Shown here: positions 1 through 13,100 of the stretch, one piece after another
Layout: each line of letters starts with the position of its first letter
Numbering within the stretch: position 1 is the first letter of the stretch
Source of the DNA: the human T2T-CHM13v2.0 reference genome, Homo sapiens
Strand: one strand, 5' to 3'
Length of the DNA stretch: 64,000 nt
Assembly (NCBI RefSeq): GCF_009914755.1
Contig: NC_060929.1
Made by a program: the position numbers and the translations under genes
Notes under the pieces: model-generated
Told to the model about the DNA's origin: nothing
Databases searched by the model: none
What the model saw: only the letters and a program-made list of their open reading frames with translations

Positions 1-787
1 CATATCTAAATATTTCCCCATAGTATATCACAAGCCCATGTTAAGCAGTCTTTCTAATCTTTTAAAATTGCTTTACCCTTACAAGTTTGAAGCTTCTTAA
101 TTGAATGTATTTCTTACAATGTCATCTAGACAGAAGAGTTATATTGATCAATACTTTATTTTTAGCTCACTTAACTTTCCTCAAGTTAAAGATTATTTTT
201 AAAAATGTAAATCACTCTTTCATTTATTATAAATATATTATTTTCCATTTTGTACCTTACCAGTAATATGCACAAGATATTTCCCATTGGAAAACATTTT
301 TTGAGCAATTCATGGAGGATTACACAGATTATAACCTAAGATTTCTGCTTTGTGGAAGAAATTATGGGGCAATAGAGTCTTGAGAGCTGTAATAAGAATT
401 GCAAAAATACTCCCACTTCATTTTTTAATGTAGTATAATCATCAGGGATAGCATTTTCCTTTATATAAAGAAATGTCATATTCCTATACTAAGTTCTTTA
501 TTGTCATTAAGAATTAAATGTTTAAAGATAAGTTGTGATTATTCATTATATGTTAGAAATGGGAAGAACTTTATAATTAACTGGCATCTCAAAGAATTTT
601 ATGTTTTCCATGCAATCATCTTACATGATAGGTAGGAGGCACATTTCTTTAATTTAAGGGAACAAAGTAGATGATTGACCTCAGCCATTACAAAGTATGC
701 GTGGTTGGGACATCCCTGGGAAGGAAATGGCAATAATATTTATGGAGAAGGTTTTTTTGAGCGTCTGCTGTTTGAAATAGAATTACG

Positions 788-895
788 GACTGGAAAAGAT
801 CGTTAGAAAATATCTGGTCCATGTTTCTCCTTATGCAGAGAAGGGGACTTGAGCTTCATGAGGTTTAGGGACTTGCCCAGAGCTGTACATGATTA
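788..895 (-). mobile_element. MIR SINE fragment
   Basis: Degenerate match to the reverse-complement MIR core (cagagaaggggacttgag...gaggtttagggacttgcccagag). Confidence 0.55.
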
Positions 896-2722
896 ATGAG
901 CCTGCAGAAGAGGTGGGGATACCGATTGTGTCTTCTGCTTCTCAGAGTTATGAACGTGCTTTGCACAATGTCATACTGATCTCTCGGACTCTTCAATCCT
1001 GAAGAAACTTAACCGGATGTGAAAAGCACATTCCTTTTGTGTGAATCCGTTTAAAAAGATATTCCATTTGTTTTGCAGTTTTATAACGTGCAGATTTATT
1101 GACTTCAGAAAATTAAGGAATTAGTTAAGCTCCCAAAATATTTTTAATAAATTAAATGTGTTCATAATTTAAGCAAACGAATTAGTTTAGGAAACTTATA
1201 TATCTAAGTTCATCAGAAACCCATGCTCCTCTCATTAAGAAAGCAGGTTGAGACTGTTCCATCAGGCTGTGCATTGTGTTTTTCTTCTCCGAGCGCTCGG
1301 GAGATTGGCATTACTCTGCAGTAGTGTCACAGCCCGCAGTCATTTAATGCCTCTTCTTGTGAGGCCAGGATTCCACGCCCAAGTGCATTTAGTAGGTCAG
1401 TACAGTAATTTTAAATGTCTTTCTTTCAATCTTTTGCCATCTTCAATTATACCTTTCCACCCTACTATTTGTGTAATTTTCTTCTGTCTGAAGTCTCTTT
1501 ACTGTTGTTCTCTATTGCACAGCATGACAAATTACCCATCAAGCCATATCTTTTCAGCCCAGAAATGCGCAATAACACGGAGTCATGGCATTATCGCATG
1601 TTGTGCACTTTATTTCCTCACAGTTCATTCAAGTGTGTCACTTTATTTTCCTGGCTTCCTTTTGTCATCATGGAGATTAACCATTTTATCCTTCCTAAAC
1701 TTTAGAAACAATTAGAATTTCATTACAGTGGAAGCTGAGAGTGAATGCTTGCTCAGTACTATATAGAGTATACTTTTCATATTATCAGTGGCAAAATTAA
1801 AGTCATGAATCCTGAGTCTTTTTCAAAGGAGAGACTTTAGAGGTTATTATACAGCTGAGTAACCCTGGCTCTGGGCAAGAGAATTATTTGAGGTTGTGGT
1901 CACCAAACACATTAACCATAAGAAACCATTTAGTCTGACATCGAGTACCTGATTCTTATATTCTCCTGGGAATTATGAAACTCTCTGGGACCCATGTGTT
2001 CTGTACACAAAATCTTTTTCTTCCCTCTTAGCTTCAGCTAAATACCAATAGTATTCAATGAGATACAATAGATATTGCAAGTATGTGCTAGAAAATCAAT
2101 TGGTATTGATGCTCTAATCAGCAGGGCTGCAGCTGGTATGTAGACACACCACTGGAAATGGTGATTAAGATCATATTCAAAAGCATTAAAAAAAAACTTC
2201 AAAACGTTTAGATCACTGTTCAGATAGATTGCTGTTTTGCTGGGATAGTAGATGATTTGGGAAGCCAGTGATACTACTAGATGCTGCTAGATTAATTTAT
2301 AAGATTTTTAAATAACAATCTATTTTATGTGTTGAATTTATAATATATTTTAATTATATACTTATAGTTTATAGGACAGTTATTGTTGGTAAACAAACAA
2401 GCAAAAAGTTCAAAGCTCCTTTGATGCAGCCAACTTACCAGCGTGCCAGATACTGAATATAAGCGAATACACAAGAAAAGGTCAAAAAAGAAAAACAGTG
2501 TGGTGACTGTTGAGAACATGGTGAAGAGATTGAGAAGGCAGAGAGAAGAGAGAGAGAGTGACAGAGAGACTGTCGGAGGGGGGAAGAGAAAAGGAGGAAA
2601 GGAATGGTAATGAGTTTAAAATGATCAGGAGGAGAAAAGCCAGTAAGAATTATTGTATGTCAAGGATGTTTTCAGAATTTAAAGAAATAGGACAGTGAGT
2701 GTATAAGGCAGGGTTCCCTACT

Positions 2723-2900
2723 CATGAGCAAGTCATTAACTAAAAATACTAGCTAAAAAGTTCTTTCAGAAAAAACTAATAATGAAAAGAGGCTTGAACA
2801 AGAAAAGGTGGTTGCATTCATAAAACTATTTTCTAATCTAGATCCATTTTCCTGTCAATACCTTTAAGTTGTACTGAAAATACATCGATTGAAAGTTCAA
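2723..2900 (+). repeat. Diverged direct repeat, copy A (copy B at 7935-8121)
   Basis: Shared colinear blocks catgagca, aatgaaaagag, agaaaaggtggttgc, tctaatctagat, attttcctgt, gttgtact, gttcaa. Confidence 0.85.
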
Positions 2901-2908
2901 CAATTATA

Positions 2909-4220
2909 TAGTCATTTGTCACTTAACAACAGGGTTACATTCTGAGAAATGCAGTATTAGGTATTTTGATGCTGTGCAAACATCATAAAGTGGACTTACA
3001 CACACCTTGATGGTACAGCCTACTACACACCCAGGCTGTGTGGTACAGCCTGTTGCTCCTAGGCTATAAGCCTGTACAGCAAGTGACTGTACTGAGTACT
3101 GTAGGTAATTGTAACATAATGGTAAATATTTGTGTATCTAAACATATCTAAACATAGAAAAGACACAGTAAAAATACAGTATAAAAGATTTAAAAAAGGT
3201 ACTTTATTTCCTTACAGTTCATACAAGTGTGCACTTTATTTTCCTGGCTTCCTTTTGTCACCACGGAGATTAACCATTTTATCCTTCCTAAACTTTAGAA
3301 ACAATTAGAATTTAATTATAGTAGAAGCTGTGCTTCCACTATAATGTGCAGGGCACTTAACCATAAACAGAGCTTGCAGGACTGGAAGTTGCTCTGGGTG
3401 AGTCAGTGAGTGAGTGGTGAGTGAATGTGAAGATCTAGGTCATTACTGTACACTACTGTAGACTTTAGAAACACTGTAAACTTAAGCTACTCTACATTTA
3501 TAAAAAATATTTTTCTTAATAATAAATTAACTTTAGCTTAACAGTAATTTTTTTGCTTTATAAACTTTTTATTTTTTAATTTTTGACTCTTGTGATAGAC
3601 TTAGCTTAAAACAAGCACATTGTACAGCTGTGCAAAAATATTTTTCTTTATATCCTTATTCTCTACTTTTTGCCTATTAAAATTTGTATTTTTACTTTTA
3701 AAATTCTTGTGTTAAAAACTAAGACACAAACACTCACATTAGCCTAGGCTTACACAGGGTCAGGATCATCAATATCACTGTCTTTCATCTCCACATCTGT
3801 CCCACTGGAAGGTCTTCAGGGGCAGTAACACGTACAGAGCTGTCATCTCCTACGATAACAGTGCCTTCTTTTGGAATACCTCCTGATGAACCTGTCAGAG
3901 GCTGCTTTATAGTTAACTTCTTTTTTATATATAAATAGAAAGGGTACACTCTAAAATAGCAATAAAAATATAGTATAGTAAATATATAAACCAGTAACAT
4001 ATTCATTATCGTTATCAAGTATTATGTACTGTACACAACTGCATGTGCTAGACTTTTATATGACTGGCAGTGCAGTAGGTGTGTTTACACCAGCATCACC
4101 ACAAACACGTGAGTGATGTGTTGTGCTAACATTACGATAGCTACGATATCACTAGGTGATAAGAATTTTCAGCTCCATTATAATCTTACGAGGCCACCGT
4201 TATTATGTGGCTCGTGACTG
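2909..4220 (+). mobile_element. Tigger3/Golem-type (Tigger3b-like) non-autonomous TcMar DNA transposon with an internal foreign insertion at 3201-3345
   Basis: Starts tagtcatttgtcacttaacaacagggttacattctgagaaatgc and ends ...gtggctcgtgactg, with TA on both sides (2907-2908, 4221-4222). Internal Tigger3 motifs gcctactacacacccaggct and ggaagttgctctgggtgagtcagtgagtgagtgg. Confidence 0.9.
3201..3330 (+). repeat. Local duplicate of 1607-1737 (about 94% identical)
   Basis: Hand alignment: actttatttcct...gaagctg, 8 differences in 131 nt. Confidence 0.95.
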
Positions 4221-4689
4221 TACATAGTTTTCCATTCTTAGTATTTTTATAAGTAGGAAATACACTGGATGTTTAAAATAAATTTAGGTACAGAGAGGTC
4301 TACATGTCTTTGACACACAGCTAAGCTCTAGTCTAGAATTATCAAAACACAACTGGAAGATGAGAAAAGAACAAAACTATAGAATGTGAGTGTCTTTTAG
4401 AAACAGTGACCATCACAGAAAAGGCAGGCTATTGATATTATCCTAAGCTTAGGATTTTATGAAGGCAAGTTGCTATTGAGAGGAGCAAAAATTTGGCACT
4501 GGAAGCATTTGACAGTAGATTTTTAAACCATAAAACACAGCACACCTTACCATGTATGATTTTAAATAGCAGTCAGAGGTTTTTTTTTAAGGAAAGTGAG
4601 GAAATTCTGGGAAAGAGGAAATAGCAACAAAAATTAAAAACTGCAGAAAACTTACTAATTTTTAAACTACTTTTAAGTGTAGTTTTCTA

Positions 4690-4837
4690 TGTGCTCTTCA
4701 CAAATTACTCAAAGATAAACCAGGACAGGAATTATTAAAGTCTTTTTAATAGATGGGGAAAATAAGACTCAGTAAAAAAGAGACTTAGCTAAAGTCACAT
4801 AACCTAGTGGACCAAGTAGTATTAGAACTGAGGTCTC
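4690..4837 (-). mobile_element. MIR SINE fragment
   Basis: atagatggggaaaataagactcag...gacttagctaaagtcacata...tagaactgaggtct matches the reverse-complement MIR core. Confidence 0.65.
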
Positions 4838-4842
4838 TAGAA

Positions 4843-5443
<601 letters not shown>

Positions 5444-6599
5444 TACTATAGGCACCTCATTCAGTATTTTTCCAGAAAAATGAAGAAAAAAAGGAGGGAG
5501 AACTGGTTATTATGGAGTTTGAAACAAAATATTAATCCTTCAATTAGAGTGTGTCTCAGTTTTATCTATCATTTTAAAAATTCCATTCCATAAAAAAATC
5601 TTTTAGTACCTAATATTTATAAGGGTGGTCCTAAACATTATGTTGAGCATAGCTTTGATCAGAGGGGAAAAGGATCCTAACAGAAGGAGAGAATATCTTT
5701 TCTGGGGTTCTTGACACATATTTACTTGGAAGGAAGCATAAAAAAGAAAGATTCTCTCATTAGACTTTGAAGGATCTCTTTTAAAGGAACAATAATTAGT
5801 GTAGATGTGAAGAACCTGAGACTTTCTTGGCTGGGCTAGGATACTGGTGTCAGGCATCCAAGGGTAATTTGGCATGTGCAAGGAGGGGTCATTCATGGTC
5901 CATTATATAAGCATGTCCAAGCTAATCCCACCCACATGAAGGAGGACCTTGGCTGAGGACAGATGAATGAAACACATTAAGGAGTAGCTATATGAAAAAC
6001 ACAGCGCAAAGTAAGGATAAGTAGGAATGATGTTGAAAAAGTAATGAACCATGAGATCTCTATAATGGTCTTTTAATAGATGTATTGTTCAATAACACTG
6101 CTGTGCACTAGGTTAGTTTTAACTGACTACAACTGATTTCATGAGCTTTATGGCCAATGAGCATCTAGTTCTTAAAGAAAGGAATGAACCTACTGTTGTC
6201 ACTTAGAACACCCTCTGCTAATTACTGCTACAGATTCGAGTCTTGAAAATATTAATATTTTTACAACAGTTTTCTAAACTTAGAGATCAACAAAGGAAAA
6301 TTGAACGACTCTAGCAACTCTTCAAGGTTTGAGCCCAAGGAGTAAAACACATTTATGCGATATCTGAAATGAAATTCCACTTTGAAAATTCTAGATCTAT
6401 TTGAAATCTGTCATTTTAAAATTAATCACTGTTTTCCTTTAATACAGTCTGTGTAAAGAATCCCAATTCACTTCTGAACTGTTCTCCTGCCTTCCCAGAT
6501 ACATGGAAATTCACTACTGTTGCTGACAAACAAAATGCCACAAGATTTGTCATACAAATCACATTATAAGAGGTTCCAAAAACTTGACAACGTTGACAG

Positions 6600-7000
6600 T
6601 TGTTTTCAGCAAATGGCTGCTTTACTCTGTACTGTCAATGTTGATGTCCTTGTGCACATGTAAAAGAGCAATGTGATTAAGGCAAGCTTGTCCACGCTAT
6701 ATCTGAGCCAAGTTTTCCGTCTCCGCGTGGCACTGAAAGATTGCTCAGCTGTTGCAGATAAGGCAGGAATAGCTAGCAGATTTCTGCCATTTAAAAAAAA
6801 AAAACATTCTCTGGGCATGCATTTCTGTAGGAATTTACCAACATCTGCTGCTGACCTAAAGTTTTCTATAGAAGTGGCGTATTTAATTTATAGAAGTAAT
6901 TCACAATGGTATTGGTCAAGACTGATTTCCTTAGGAAATAATGAATTGCATTCACCAGGAAAAGATGGGTTGAAATTTAATAACATTTATAGTCTCTAAA
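6600..7000 (-). mobile_element. Decayed hAT transposase C-terminus (hAT dimerisation domain; Tip100/Zaphod/THAP12-like); element may extend to about 7750
   Basis: Minus strand reads LLAIPALSATAEQSFSATRRRKTWLR, then after a frameshift GQACLNHIALLHVHKDINID. This matches the hATC pattern LLxIPxTSAxxERSFSxLRRxKTWLRxxMGQxRLNxxALLHVH. Confidence 0.8.
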
Positions 7001-7934
7001 TTGTTATTGGAGCTTCAGGCATCATACTTGTTTGGACTATCCTAAATTTATTTTCTGCATGTTCTCTAAATTATATTTCAGCAGAGAAACTTTTTAGAAA
7101 AAAGAATAAAGAGCTAAGAGATTTTGATGATTCCACAGAAGGCCTACACTTCACACTTATCTTTTTTTTTATAGGCTCTTTGAAAAATGTTTGATTTTTG
7201 GAAGCTAATTTATTCTGGAAGAATTTTGTAGTTAAATTTCAGTGTGATTTAAAATTGTCATATGTGCTATTCTCAAAAGAACATACAAGATTTAGGTATT
7301 TCCTATAGTCAAGGTAACTTTTGGTAACCTCGGATTCCTTTTTTTTTTTTGGACATCTGTTTATTTACCATCTTAATGACCATTTTTCATTTTAGAAATT
7401 TGTCCTCTGTCTATATCAGTTTTTAATTGTTTCTTTTGAAATATGATGCTCTTCAGGTAAAAATACAAAACTTAAGCTAGTTCTGGCAATTCAAACCAGC
7501 CTCGTGGTAATGCATTTGTTATTTGATTCATCTATTCTTATTCTTGGTCACCTTCTAGTACAGCTGCATGCATTAAGTGTCTGACTTGTCTTTGAAAATC
7601 TTAAGCCACATTCTTTGGAACAGTTGCTTCAAGTTGGTTGAAATTCTCTGTGGCACTTTTTTCCATTCACAGGAGCCAACAGCCACCATAGCAGACACAT
7701 AGTTTCCAAGAACTTAGGCGTGGTTCATGATTCCTGAATCTCAACAATTTCTTGTAGGAATTGGAATGCCATGTAAGGTGTCAGAAGCCTTTGTGCTTTA
7801 AATTATAATTTTAAAAGTATACATTTATACTGTAAAGTTAATTTGGCTTATGTAATTTCAAAATATTTTCATTTTTGTAACTAGCAGAAGAACACAATTT
7901 GAAAACCTACTAATAAAAAAATTAATCCAATGTC

Positions 7935-8121
7935 CATGAGCATGTAATTATCTTAAAATATTAGATAAAAAATTCTTTTAGGAAAAGTTCAGAATGAAAA
8001 GAGAGTTGAACTAGAAAAGGTGGTTGCTTTTATAAAACAACTCTTTATTGTCTAATCTAGATTCACATTTTCCTGTGAACACCTTTATGTTGTACTAAAA
8101 ATACTGCAATTGAATGTTCAA
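7935..8121 (+). repeat. Diverged direct repeat, copy B (copy A at 2723-2900)
   Basis: Colinear with copy A, roughly 75-80% identical by eye. Confidence 0.85.
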
Positions 8122-8999
8122 ATTTTAAGTCTCAAATTACTGCCTTTCAGATCCATTGAGGCATCTAAAAAATGGGTCAAGGTAACAACGCATAATTTGA
8201 AAAGTTAGCAAAAAGTTGCTAGTATAAAAAATGAAAATCTATATAATTGTGATAACCTTTAACTCCTGTCTTATTAACATCGTTCCATTTAACATTTTGG
8301 GAAACAAAAATTCTTGTGAAACATTTGCCACAGCTAGCTTCTTTATTTTTACATAGCCAAGGGAGAAAAAAGGAGAAATTTCCCATAGAGTGTTTAGACC
8401 CTCTTATTAAGCAACTGATTAAAAAAAATAAGTGGTTTATAAAAAAAGAGTCAGAGTAAATACAGAAAATCAAAATGTATATCAATGGATAAGAGCATGC
8501 AGACAGGAGAAACATGGATATGCTTTGATTTTTAGCTGCCAGTTTTCATTTTCACAAATTTTTATTTTGTAAACTTTCCTTAGGGTTATATTGATAATGA
8601 CATTTTGCTCTTGATAACAGCTTATAGACTGGAAATAAGATAATAATGTACCACTTAGGACATTTGTGAAGTTCTGGTCTTAGCCCTATTTTTAATTTTA
8701 ATTTTGTTTTTAATTCCAAAAGTTTGTAATCTGTCTAGAGCTCAGATCTTCTCACTACCAATATCTTCCCAAGGTTTTGGTTTAATCAGTTGATAGACAA
8801 AGGCAAAGAGTGTGGGGAAAATAAAACCACTATTTGGTTATACAGTTTAAAAAGAAATTTCTTTTCTTGAGTATACCTAATAATCATGTTTTCTAATAAA
8901 CATTTTGAGTTTACCTCCTGACACAATAGTTTTCAAGAAGTGAGGATAAGTTGTTCTTCGTGGACTCCCAGGAAATATCAGAAATATATTATGTAACTA

Positions 9000-9079
9000 T
9001 TAGTTTGGTACAAACATAATTGCTATTTTTGCCATTACTTTCCATGGTAAAAACTGCAATTACGTTTGCACCAACCTAA
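9000..9079. mobile_element. MADE1 (Hsmar1-derived) 80-bp palindromic MITE
   Basis: ttagtttggtacaaacataattgc...gcaattacgtttgcaccaacctaa with TA on both sides. Confidence 0.93.
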
Positions 9080-9639
9080 TAGCTCAAATAAATGTACTTC
9101 TCTTTATCCTATTATTCTGCAAAATGGTAAAACTCCAATTTGCAAGGTGACTGGATTTACTGGAGAGTGTGAAGGCTTCTCATTTGCTTTTGAACTTTCT
9201 CATGATACTGAGAATTTCCTGAGACAAAAGTGATGTTATCAATCATACAAAAAATACTTATATGAAAGTTTTATTGTATATTCCTGGGATGTGCAAGATG
9301 AAATCTCTTTTACTGAATATTTCTAGAGTTGGGAAATATTTTACTGGTTGGTTGGTTTCTATATCAATTGGCTATGCTGCAAAGTACTAGTCGGGTTATG
9401 GCAATGAAATCAGGTTTAAAATAAATAATCTGTGGACAGGAGAGTCTTTCTCTCCAGTGACCGAATCTCCTAGAATAAGTTCAGGGCCATTCTGCTCTGA
9501 CTGCATTTTTGGGAAATGGTAATGTGTAAGGACTTGTACAAGAAGTGCAGGTAGAAAGTAAGTACAACAGAAGATTGAAAAATTGAATATTTTATTCTCT
9601 TGAAAGGTTATCAGTTATGATTAAGAAGCTACAAGGGCC

Positions 9640-10112
9640 TGATGTCACCTACAGGATAAAGTCTAGATTTCTCAATGTGGAGCATAAAGACTTCTTGCAC
9701 TGCCTACTTTTCAGACTCTTCCATACTATTTCTTCATAGCTGTACCAAGTTATGAATTACCACCTACTAATCATGTTATGACCATAGCTGGAATGTCCTC
9801 CGTCAGAAAATCATCTCAGTTTTATCTGCCTTAGAAACATGTACTAAATCTTTCAAGATAGGGTTCAAATGACATATCTTTGATGAAATACTCCCTGAAC
9901 ATCCAAGGACATTAGTAGATCTTTCACTTTATCCCTGTTTTTGGCATTTATGCATACTGTGTTATACTGTGTAGTATTTAAAGATATGCTTATCTTCCAA
10001 GCTAGACTGTGAGCCTTTTGAGTATAGGGATTATATCGAATCCATTTGTGTATTCCTTGGACCTTGCATAGTGCCTGGTTTATGATAGGGTGCTATGTAA
10101 ATGTTTGTTAAA
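9640..10112 (+). mobile_element. L2 LINE 3' region
   Basis: caggataaagtctag, ctagactgtgagcc, catagtgcctggt...taaatgtttgtt: the L2 3'-end pattern. Confidence 0.75.
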
Positions 10113-13100
10113 GGAGATGTAACTTTGTAGAATATCTGTGCTCCAGCTTCAATCATTATGGAGAGTCCACCTGTCATCAGAATCTCTCGTATCAGGCATG
10201 TTGAGAAATCTATTTACAAATGAAATGCTCTTCATGCATATCATTGACATTCAATAGCCCTTACAAGGTTCATTTACCTTAAATGATGCATTTATCTTCT
10301 TGTGCAGTTTAGTTTGTGGGGCTAGAATCATTGCTTTTAGCATCACACTTCATATAGAAAAGCTAATTTGGGTACATTGCAATTTATAAAGAAGTAGCAG
10401 AACCATATGCCCACCATTTTTATTTAAAAGTATTCCATGCAATTCAGAACTAAAGTTTGTAGAGAAAAAAATTATCAACAAAGCCTAAAATACTAATACC
10501 TCATATAAGAAGTGGTCAATTTCAAACATGACACTATAGCTAGGAATCAAGAAATAATGAGAATAGCCTAAAAATGCAAAGGAAAAATAGTTCACAATAT
10601 CAATAATGGTAAAAGAGCCCTTTATTCTTCTACCTGGACAGAGCCTATTCTTATCCTACCTGTAGTTCTAACAGGCTTTTTTTTGTTTGTTTCTATGTTT
10701 TTAGAAGATTAAAGGGGCAAATTACTCAAATTTGCAATCACAGATTACAGATTCAGGCAAATGAAAGAAACAAGACATGATAGCTGATAATATAACTTTG
10801 GAAAGTCCAAGAAAATACTATTAAAAATAGATCAAAAGGCTTAGACTGTGGGATTATTTCAGTATAGTTCTACCTAGTCTGGCCTTACCTCCAAATTCTT
10901 TCAGACATTTCTTGCCTCTTTCTGTACCCCATCAGACCATTTGTCTGAAGAGAAACCCTTTTGTCTCTCTTCTCTCAAGATTCTTTTCCTGGAATCTGTT
11001 CTGTTAAATACATACCATCCTATTTCTCAAACTCTTAGTGTGACCTTTAGAGGTGAGTATACATGAAGATCCAAACACAGGGTAAAAATATGAATTTAGC
11101 ATTTGGGGACATCGCTAATATCTCCCCGCACACATACACACACATACATTATACATATATATAAAAACTCCTGCTTCTGAATCCCTGGAGCTCTCACTAG
11201 TTCACCGTGGAGCTCCCAGACAAGCCCAGTCTTCACCTGCAATGTAGGCACCTCCAATACTTGCCCTGCCAGGCCACTGGGTGTGCCAGGTCTCAGGGCA
11301 TAGTCATTCCTATCTGGCATCTTCCACTGCTGACAAATTCTGACAACCTGACTATGGAAATTTGAGGTAATAACTTTTAGAAACTCTGGATTTTGTAGCT
11401 GGATTATTGGAAATCTTCAAAGAAATTCCCAGACTGACAATGGCTTTGGAAGCTCGAGGAACAGGAAAGATTACCGCAAAAGCTGTAGAATTTTCATAGA
11501 AGCATTGTCCTTTAGGCCATGAACTGCAATGGAGACAATTTCCCTTACCCAATGAATGATTCTCCCCTAAAATGCCATATTGTGACTTTCTTTACTTTTG
11601 TCACTGGTTGTCATTACCTTCCACAGACAAAATTCTTCAGGGTTGAGCGTGTGTCTCTGTACTGCTCTGCTATCCAAGATAAGAGTATGTCTGGGGCTCC
11701 TGCGGCTTTAGTGTGTATAGCATTGCTTTCCTGACTATGAATTTTGAACTACTAGTGTTACCGCTTTCCACTTTGTGATAATTTATTACTCTATTCCATG
11801 CTTGTGTTTTAGATCAAGCTCTTATGGTACAATTCAGGCACTTTTATGTGCATTCCTTCTTGCTTAGATAAAATTACAACACATGGCTTCATAAGTAAGA
11901 TGTGTAGGTTCATGAGGGAAGGCCTGCTTCCCACCATCTCTCTCCTCCATCTCAGTGAATTGGGTAACTGACAAAACTCTGCCATTCATCTTGGTGGCAA
12001 ACATCATCTCCAAGATCCAGTAATTTCCACTGCCAGGGCTATCGCAACTATGCTGACTATATGGCCATCACTGAGGACCAATTTAAAGCCCTTTGAGAAT
12101 TAAACATTATTTTCATTATTTGTCAACTGTTTGAAATTATTCTTTTTGCTCTTTGGAGTCTTCAGAGCTTGTAGTCTTCAATGAAAATATCTAAATAATA
12201 CCTAAATGTTATGATTTCTCCAGCTCTTATTTTATTCCATGAAAATAGGTGATTTTATCACCAATGAGCTCTAAAGTTTCTTTCAGTTCCTCTGATTCTT
12301 TATTTTATATTGTTTTTTGTTTAAAACAAGTCTCAGGATGTTTGGTTCTGCTTCTCATTTGAGCAGTGGTGCCAAAGGGATAGCTTATCTCTCTGAGGTC
12401 ATCAGTTTGGTTGCAGTCTTTATGGGGGGAGCTGATCCCACCAAGATAACCATTTGGTAATTTTTTTTTTTTGGCCTGAGTCTAAGATTTAATTATTTTT
12501 GGCTGAGCATATGGCATTGTACATAGATTTTCTTGGCTTTCTTTTTATTGTATTTCTAGATTTTTTACAGACAATGGGAAGCACTGACACCTTTAAGAGG
12601 GATGTGTAATACACTCGCTAATGTTTCCTGTTGTGTTTCTGAAAACCTGTGTCAGAAAATATACTGTCTCGAACTGGAAAGATGTGAGATTCTTAATTTT
12701 AAAGAGCTCCATTAATATTGGTAGGTATTTTTTTCATGTTAGAGTAACTCAAAATTTCTCTAATGCATGTGACATCTAATATACATTCAGAAAAATGAAA
12801 AATCAGTATTTAAGATGTATTTTTGGAAAAAGTTTTTGAAAATAACTCAGCAAAAATGGATTAACTTTATAAAAAATCATTCATTTCACTGGCATGAAGT
12901 AAAATGTGTCATAAATAATAGGTACTCTGTTATATCTTTTTATTGATTTAAATAAAAAGGATATAGTTTGAGGAATCAATCCACCAAATAGGTACCTCAT
13001 ACATAGAAATTATGGAACTTGCATCTCTTAAAAATGTAATAGAGTAGAATGGAAAAGAAAAAGAAACTTAACAAATGAATATATTGTGTAAAATTACTGG

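Noticed and set aside
1248-1715. 155-aa ORF and nested 96-aa ORF
   Set aside because: The long ORF starts at TTG, both have low-complexity L/S/F/C-rich composition, and no domain is recognisable.
6673-6999. 108-aa plus-strand ORF
   Set aside because: Antisense shadow of the hAT transposase fossil.
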